Shown: positions 59,401 to 64,000 of the stretch, piece after piece
Position numbering within the stretch: position 1 is the stretch's first letter
Layout: each line of letters begins with the position of its first letter
From: Polyangiales bacterium
GTDB lineage: Bacteria; Myxococcota_A; Polyangia; Polyangiales; Ga0077539
Reading direction: 5' to 3'
Length of the DNA stretch: 64,000 nt
Assembly (NCBI GenBank): GCA_044229975.1
Contig: JBGARZ010000013.1
Span: forward strand, 204,781-268,780
Position numbers and translations under genes: made by a program
Notes under the pieces: generated by a model
What the model saw: only the letters and a program-made list of their open reading frames with translations
What the model was told of the DNA's origin: nothing
The model's database searches: none

Positions 59401-59530
59401 GGACCTCGAACGCGCGCTGCGCTCGCTCAATCGGAACACCACCGATTCTCTGTGGTCCCTCTCGAAGAAGCGCTACCAGATCACCCCTGCGGGCAGCCTC
59501 CTCGTCACGGCTTTGGCGCGGCCCGAGTAG
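56492..59530 (+). CDS. HsdR_N-like restriction-endonuclease domain fused to a P-loop ATPase and a C-terminal winged helix
   Basis: NEATTR...LDY...VVEAKR...QAAGYC...AVTNG.QW; Walker A GHVGAGKTT; Walker B LIVLDNLD; terminal YQITPAG. Confidence 0.8.
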   Translation: MTSDQDLKLRGKHPGPDEVRAAVTGILAAVAATRELDQANEATTRVGLVDKLLDAMGWPFGEIKREQPSGTGLFLDYELRVRGEPWMVVEAKRTERTFRLARPTASGRATPLRSLQSLLTSGGQPLREVLNQAAGYCNDRGIPLAAVTNGTQWVFFRGLSARHRQWMDGVAIAFDRADLVEASGEFFGCLSRSCAGTPYLPDLLDRVTHVDPPAAHVPRDHIELRRPTIDPHTAAVLGSVCDYLLADIYGSNRQAMLKQCYIEPGVKGEFERSIERLLRDTANPITLLDSQRDDGPKRAADDRKGEESNLLDGDSRDFVEHVTLLDRTTEIQNPVVVVGHVGAGKTTFLHRSLSHFEPNKGAKGNNEAFYALVDLEGHGEGGAVEANQEEQKVAEDILRGLKYSAQEAVRSRKAGRSDAGETNLERLLERTDPYSLATLQSLFGGRLKNDRKLGEKVWAKDPGAWDRKEYEILSEAKKDAVDLLVRFVKHLREHFHRADKRRYPVLIVLDNLDQATDDYQRCIYGLARQLARRTHAIIVVCLREDTYNSGLGPNGFLASSNLQFVFHVKAPPLDHVVRQRAKFGKQAVESGKLPTALAVESDALIGVCDLLGDVFLTPKSEAIELASSVSGHNIREALGIVRSVVAGRPSIAGEAKSSAAFALDCILATRSQESVRNLLGPGNCLDADPWNPPCHALRVRMLAYLSWSFESNNDRVLHEMTDLILARFSSWGYPLGLVKMAVASLLAARLIRPRTKADFSPLRAPYTLPQGLSLTASGRVHLTRLVNLPVYRAATALRVRWYDKEFFTEFVRAAQAAGGDEGPSVADIAASKALDIFDSYLAVAVGREDGYLGLSAAKPQWLSEVISRSAQVLPSTDLLQAKATIVPPPRPSRRAKSKDVDKQLPLFEETGQPPSSLGKLLADASFGGDPWVVRVLWALEWGRERGTPAMLESDIWRTLNEHTSLRFEQADLERALRSLNRNTTDSLWSLSKKRYQITPAGSLLVTALARPE

Positions 59531-59636
59531 TGCCGTCGTTCCTGCCTCACTTCACCCCGGGTCGCCGAGCACCTCGACGGGCTCCGTGACCGCTTCGGAG
59601 TGGTCCGACTCTTGACCGCCGTTCGCAGGTCGTGTT

Positions 59637-60122
59637 GTGGTCATCCGCATGAGCGGGGAGAAGATCATCATGGGTGCGTTGGAGATCGTAGGCCGTCCGC
59701 TCACGGAAGTGCTCGATCGCCTTCTGTCGACCGCGAGTCGCAATGAGTTCATCCTCGTGGTGTCGAACAACGCGCGACACCCGATGCGGCGGTCAGAGAC
59801 CTTCAACGACTCGGACCACTGGCCGTTCGACGACGTGCCGCCAGGGGCCACGGCGACCGTTGCCCTTCAGCGCAAGAACTTCTCTTTCGCTGCGAAGTAC
59901 GCGCTCGGGGATTCCGGCCGCGCGGTCATCCTGGCGGGTTCCAGCCCGTTCTTGGGCACCGAGAAGATCGATATCGAGCCCTCCGGCAGCCGCGTCACCT
60001 GCAAAGACGTCTGGGAGAGAATGGACGACGGTCACGACAAGGGAAGCGCTCAGGCGAGGGCCTACATCAAGTCGGGTAAGGCGCCGGGAAGCCGGGCCTG
60101 GGTTTGGGACATCGGCCCTTAG
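59637..60122 (+). CDS. Hypothetical protein
   Basis: ORF co-oriented with and directly after the nuclease-ATPase; no motif recognised. Confidence 0.5.
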   Translation: MVIRMSGEKIIMGALEIVGRPLTEVLDRLLSTASRNEFILVVSNNARHPMRRSETFNDSDHWPFDDVPPGATATVALQRKNFSFAAKYALGDSGRAVILAGSSPFLGTEKIDIEPSGSRVTCKDVWERMDDGHDKGSAQARAYIKSGKAPGSRAWVWDIGP

Positions 60123-60306
60123 AACGGCTCTCGGCTGAGGTTGGTACTGGCTTGCCCGGCCGCAGATCGGGGCGGAAACTTCCAGCAGGAGGCGTCCCAC
60201 GGCCTCATACAGTATGGATCTCCGCGAGCGCGTGGTCGCCGCGCACCGAGCCGGCGAGGGCTCGATCCGCGAGCTGGCCGACGTGTTCTATGTGGCCAAC
60301 AGTACC
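60120..60306 (+). pseudogene. IS630-family transposase 5' remnant
   Basis: SYSMDLRERVVAA...G.GSIRELADVF.VANST HTH; possible end TAGAACGGCTCTC. Confidence 0.65.
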
Positions 60307-60344
60307 CGGTGCGTTATGCCCATGGACATCTCGCACCGGGTACG

Positions 60345-60550
60345 CGGAGTTCGCGGCGCTGCTCATCGAGATCGTCCGGCACATTCCACTGGCGACGGCC
60401 GAGAAGGCGAAGCGTGGACCGAAGAAGCCCGTTCCGAAGCGCACGCGCTCCGAGTACACCCCTCACGTCTCGACCAAGAAGCTCCCCGATCGAGGCAACT
60501 CATGACGAGGCGTGGAGGCGCTCATCCAACCGACGTTGACAGGGATAGAC
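60345..60550 (+). pseudogene. IS4-family transposase 3' remnant
   Basis: EFAALLIEI...KAKRGPKKPVPKRT...PHVSTKKL; possible end TTGACAGGG. Confidence 0.6.
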
Positions 60551-60562
60551 GCAGGTGACCGA

Positions 60563-61387
60563 TCACTTGTCTGACGGGGGGGTCTTCGTCTTGCTGTCGG
60601 AGTGATTAGAGTTCAAGACGTCTCGCGTCGCGTTCTTCTCACGGTCTTTGATGAATGATTTGAGTTTCTCCGCCCGGCCGGGGTGGCGCACCTTGCGGAG
60701 GGCCTTGTCCTTGATCTCGGCCATGCGTTCCGATGAAACCTCAAAACGTTCGGCAACTTCGTCGAGGGTCGGCTCGGATCCTCTCGGAAAGCCAAATCGC
60801 ATCCGCAGAACTTGTTCTTCGCGCGAGGTCAACGTCTTCAGGACCTTCCGCAGTTGCTCCCACTGAACGTCTGCCAGCATCGAATCGAGTGGTGAGAGCG
60901 CCTCCGCCGGAAGGTCGTCCAGCGCCTCGGAGTCATGCAGATTGTCCTGCGGATCCCGGGTCGCTTCGAGGATGGATCGGACCGCTTCCGGTGGCACCTC
61001 CAACTTCTCGGCGATCTCCTCCGGTGTCGGCTCTCGATGAAACTCGTCTCGAAGGTATCCTGCGATGCGCCGGATATCGCGTCCCTGCTTAACCAGATGC
61101 TCCGGAACATGGACGACCCTGGCGCCATTCTTGACGGCCCGTTCGATCTTCCAGCGGATCTGCCGCCCCGCATAGTGCGAGAAGGGAGCACCCTGTTCCG
61201 GCTCGTAGGTGCCACTGGCGTTCCAGAGGCCGATCTCCCCCTCCTGCAACAGGTCCTCCCACGGCAGGCCACGGCCCCGAAAATCCGCAGCAACCTCCAC
61301 CACGAGCGCGCGGTGCTGAGCGAACAGTGCGATCCGCCTTGCTCTGGTCTCGCCGTCCGTCGTCCGATCCGTAGGTCTGTCAGTCAT
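60563..61387 (-). CDS. RpoD-derived sigma70-family factor (regions 2-4, 274 aa) with altered DNA-contact residues
   Basis: RGL..EDLLQEGEIGL, REPTPEEIAEKL, TLTSREEQVLRMRFG, KALRKVRHP; GGAGAGG RBS before MTDRP. Confidence 0.88.
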   Translation of the reverse strand: MTDRPTDRTTDGETRARRIALFAQHRALVVEVAADFRGRGLPWEDLLQEGEIGLWNASGTYEPEQGAPFSHYAGRQIRWKIERAVKNGARVVHVPEHLVKQGRDIRRIAGYLRDEFHREPTPEEIAEKLEVPPEAVRSILEATRDPQDNLHDSEALDDLPAEALSPLDSMLADVQWEQLRKVLKTLTSREEQVLRMRFGFPRGSEPTLDEVAERFEVSSERMAEIKDKALRKVRHPGRAEKLKSFIKDREKNATRDVLNSNHSDSKTKTPPSDK

Positions 61388-61730
61388 TGACCACCTCTCC
61401 TCCGCTGACCAGGAAGCCGGGACCAGGGGTCGTCCCGCGATTGGAGGTACCCTGCCATAGAGGGCTGGTGCGCGGCCAGCCTTCTCGACGACAGCTAGCC
61501 ACGAGCCGTCGGTCATCGCGGTGCCTGTCCACCAGTGGGTGGCGCCGCAGGTCTGACCTCGGGTGAACAGGTGTGGAGTGTCCAGCGACGCAAGCAGATC
61601 GGGTCCCGATGCGTGCTGGGTCTTCAATGCTATTGGGATCGATGAGCTGAGAGAAGCACACTGCTATGGGTCGGGTGCCCGGCGAGCATACGCCGTATTG
61701 CGCCTGTCCGGACCTGCCTACCCTTGGTCC

Positions 61731-62210
61731 ATGACGAATCTCGCCGAGATCCATCACCACCGCTTGGCATTCACCCCCGAGCGCGAGCCCCCGGCCGCCG
61801 CGTCCGACGCGAACCGCCTCAGCGTGCTGGAGACCACCCCGCTGACGGTGGGGATCCCCGACCTGGGCGGCGTGCGCCCCATGCTCGACCAGGTGGAGCA
61901 CTGGGCCAGCGAACTCCTCGATCCGGCGACCCGCGACAACCAGCGGATGCGTCTGCTCTCCCGCATGATCGCCGCGCAACGAGCGAAGCTCGCGCTCCGG
62001 GAGACCCAACGCGAGCAGGCGCTGCTGGCGGGCGAGTTCGGGGCCGCGCTCGTGGTCGACAAGATCGTGCAAGGCGACGCGCGCCGACTGGCCGCGCTCA
62101 TCCGCGAGCACCGCCACGAATGCCTGGGCGAGCACCGCGCCGTGACGGTCTCCGTCGTCGCGGCCGGGGATCGCCCGCAGGTGAACGTCCTCGCCAGCGC
62201 GGGACGGTGA
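61731..62210 (+). CDS. Hypothetical helical protein
   Basis: GC3-rich ORF from MTNLAEI. Confidence 0.6.
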   Translation: MTNLAEIHHHRLAFTPEREPPAAASDANRLSVLETTPLTVGIPDLGGVRPMLDQVEHWASELLDPATRDNQRMRLLSRMIAAQRAKLALRETQREQALLAGEFGAALVVDKIVQGDARRLAALIREHRHECLGEHRAVTVSVVAAGDRPQVNVLASAGR

Positions 62211-62214
62211 CGCC

Positions 62215-62589
62215 GTGACCTACCGCGACGCGGTGCCGCGCGTGTCCATCGCGCAGGTGCGGGGGCAGTTCAGGCCGAGGGTGTTCCGGGCGATGGCGTC
62301 GGTGCGGCTGGCGCTCGCGGGCGCGGTGAGCGAGGTGCTCGTCGTCCACGCACCGGGCACCGGAGCGGTAGGTGCCCGGCGCCCCTGGTTCCTTTGCCCG
62401 CGATGCGCGCGCAGGGTCAACGTGGTCGGCGTGGCGCCAGGGGGCGGATGGGCGTGCGGAAAGTGCGTGGGGTGGCGTTCGAGGAACGCCCCGGCCCGGA
62501 CGGGCGCGTGCGTCGACGCCACCGCCGGGACGCTCGGCCCCGCGGAGGGAGGGGTCAGTCCGGCGCTTGGTGTGGGGGAGGTTCGATGA
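62215..62589 (+). CDS. Zinc-ribbon protein of a type seen in mobile elements
   Basis: GARRPWFLCPRC.RRV...WACGKC. Confidence 0.65.
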   Translation: MTYRDAVPRVSIAQVRGQFRPRVFRAMASVRLALAGAVSEVLVVHAPGTGAVGARRPWFLCPRCARRVNVVGVAPGGGWACGKCVGWRSRNAPARTGACVDATAGTLGPAEGGVSPALGVGEVR

Positions 62590-62941
62590 CGTTCGTCGGT
62601 GGCGCGGTCACGTTCATGGTCAGCGTCAGGGTCGTGCTGCGGGTGACGACCACGACCCTCATCATCCCCGGCGGCACCGGCGCGGCCACGAACGCGCGCC
62701 ACTCGGGGTGCTTCATCTTCCGAAGGAGGGCCTCGCAGGGCTCGATGGTCACCACCGGTCGGCCCGTGGCCGCCGCGATCTCCGGCTCGACGGCGACGAC
62801 CACGAACTCGTCGGGGCTGAGGCCCTTCGCGGCGAGGACGGGTTGGAAGGCGATCATCACGTCCCGCGCGTGGTCGAGGATGACCGCGTGGTCGTGCAGC
62901 GCGGCGGGCGGGGCGTTCATGTCGACGATTGCGTCGGGCAT
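62555..62941 (-). CDS. Hypothetical protein
   Basis: AGGAG RBS before MPDAIVD; GC3-rich codons. Confidence 0.6.
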   Translation of the reverse strand: MPDAIVDMNAPPAALHDHAVILDHARDVMIAFQPVLAAKGLSPDEFVVVAVEPEIAAATGRPVVTIEPCEALLRKMKHPEWRAFVAAPVPPGMMRVVVVTRSTTLTLTMNVTAPPTNVIEPPPHQAPD

Positions 62942-63045
62942 CGAGAGTCTCCTGCTGGGGGTTCGACGAGAAGGGTAGGGCGGTGCGCCGGATGGCGCGG
63001 CAGGGCGGTTCGCGCGCGACGGCTTCCCCGAGCGCGACGCGTCCC

Positions 63046-63456
63046 TCAGGGCGCGCCGGGCGAGCCGCCTCGGCCCCCGGCGGCGCCCGTCGGAGGGCGG
63101 TGGGGCACGTCGTCGGGGATCTCCACCGAGCCCACGGACACCCCGTCGTGCCCGAACTGCATCACGGCGACGTGCCCCGCGGGGACCGATCGCAGCTTCA
63201 CATTCCAGTGCCAGTCCTCCGCGCTCAGGTTCTCGATCACCGTGTCGCGATCGGCCAGGCCCACCCACGGCGGGGTGCCGCGCGGGTCACCCGGAGTGTC
63301 GGTCGCGACCAGCACGATCTCCCTCACGGGGTCGACGCCGTCGGTGCCCGCGGCGCGGAGGGTGTCGCGGACCCAGGCCGCGAGGTTGGGGGCGACGCGG
63401 GGGAGCACAGACGACTGCTGGACATCGGGGGTGACGTGGGGTTCGCGAGAGTTCAT
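63046..63456 (-). CDS. Hypothetical protein
   Basis: AAGGA RBS before MNSREP; GC3-rich codons. Confidence 0.55.
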   Translation of the reverse strand: MNSREPHVTPDVQQSSVLPRVAPNLAAWVRDTLRAAGTDGVDPVREIVLVATDTPGDPRGTPPWVGLADRDTVIENLSAEDWHWNVKLRSVPAGHVAVMQFGHDGVSVGSVEIPDDVPHRPPTGAAGGRGGSPGAP

Positions 63457-64000
63457 TGGCAGATCCTTCGACAAGACGGTCTGCGGCAAGCGTAGGCGGT
63501 CGTGGCGGGTCGCCCGGCGAACGCATCGCCCGCTGGCATCCCGGGCGCTGCTGACGCCTCCAGTGCGTTCCCAGGGCCATCCCCCGCCCGGGCCGAGTCG
63601 CTGACGTCCCCCAAGCCGAGCGCCTCCGTCGGAGGGATGGCATCCATCACTGCAGGCGCGAGTTCGACCACCAGCCGCGCGCCGAACGCGCCCGCGCCGT
63701 CGAGGCGCCGCGCTGCTATGTCACCCCGGACGCCGGCGACGATGGCCAGCCGCGCGAAAGCGTCCACCAGATCGCAGGCGGAGGCGTCGCCTGCCGCCGC
63801 GAGCCCCAGGATCGCCCTGGTCCGGGGCGCGCAGGTCGGTCACCCGGAACCGCTGAAGCTCGGTAAGCGCCCGGCGTAGGCCATCTCGCGGGCACCTGAC
63901 GGCGACCCCACCTTCGTGGCGTGATCCCGATCGCCCTCCTCCTCGCTCTCGTCGTTCTCTCGCCGCTGGTCGCCTGGCTCGTCGGACTACGGGTCCGTCG

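Larger units (their letters stand above)
31013..64000. mobile_element. Genomic island (integrative element) inserted at the 3' end of tRNA-Gly; right end lies beyond the window
   Basis: Integrase ends 14 bp from the tRNA; xis-like gene; switch from housekeeping genes to defence, IS and hypothetical genes; no second copy of the tRNA 3' end seen. Confidence 0.85.

Noticed and set aside
31013..64000. Calling the island a prophage or a conjugative ICE
   Set aside because: No capsid, terminase, tail, relaxase or type IV secretion genes are visible in this window, so the element class is undetermined

Overview
High-GC bacterial DNA. The gene content (FHA-sigma54 activator, Cys-rich repeat lipoprotein, Ffh with a Gly/Met/Pro tail, TAT-exported L,D-transpeptidase) suggests Myxococcota, probably Polyangiales-like; this is inference. 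Bases 1-30.9 kb are mostly core chromosome: a hybrid kinase and response regulator, ffh, a desaturase, osmC, rpe, glycosyltransferases, a DEAD-box helicase, a LeuA-like synthase with a thiolase, an L,D-transpeptidase and a dipeptidase. A small variable pocket at 7.4-10.2 kb holds a REP-like inverted repeat, a 43-bp tandem repeat, a collapsed ATPase/DUF4276 pseudogene and an AAC4-like lipoprotein. A tRNA-Gly(CCC) at 30941 marks the left end of an integrated element of more than 33 kb that runs off the right edge. The element carries: (i) a tyrosine integrase and an HTH excisionase; (ii) an operon of DUF932, a sensor-less sigma54 activator and its own beta sliding clamp, with long intergenic hairpins; (iii) an XRE repressor and a secreted protein with tandem lectin-like domains; (iv) a defence-like block with a UvrD helicase-nuclease coupled to a type I R-M operon whose hsdR is split by an ISAzo13-family IS with an exact 3-bp target duplication, a Zn-finger protein, an orphan PD-(D/E)xK nuclease and a divergent HsdR_N-nuclease/P-loop ATPase/wHTH fusion; (v) IS630 and IS4 scraps; (vi) an RpoD-derived sigma factor with altered -10 melting and -35 recognition residues. 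All family calls come from motif recognition by eye; no database searches were run.
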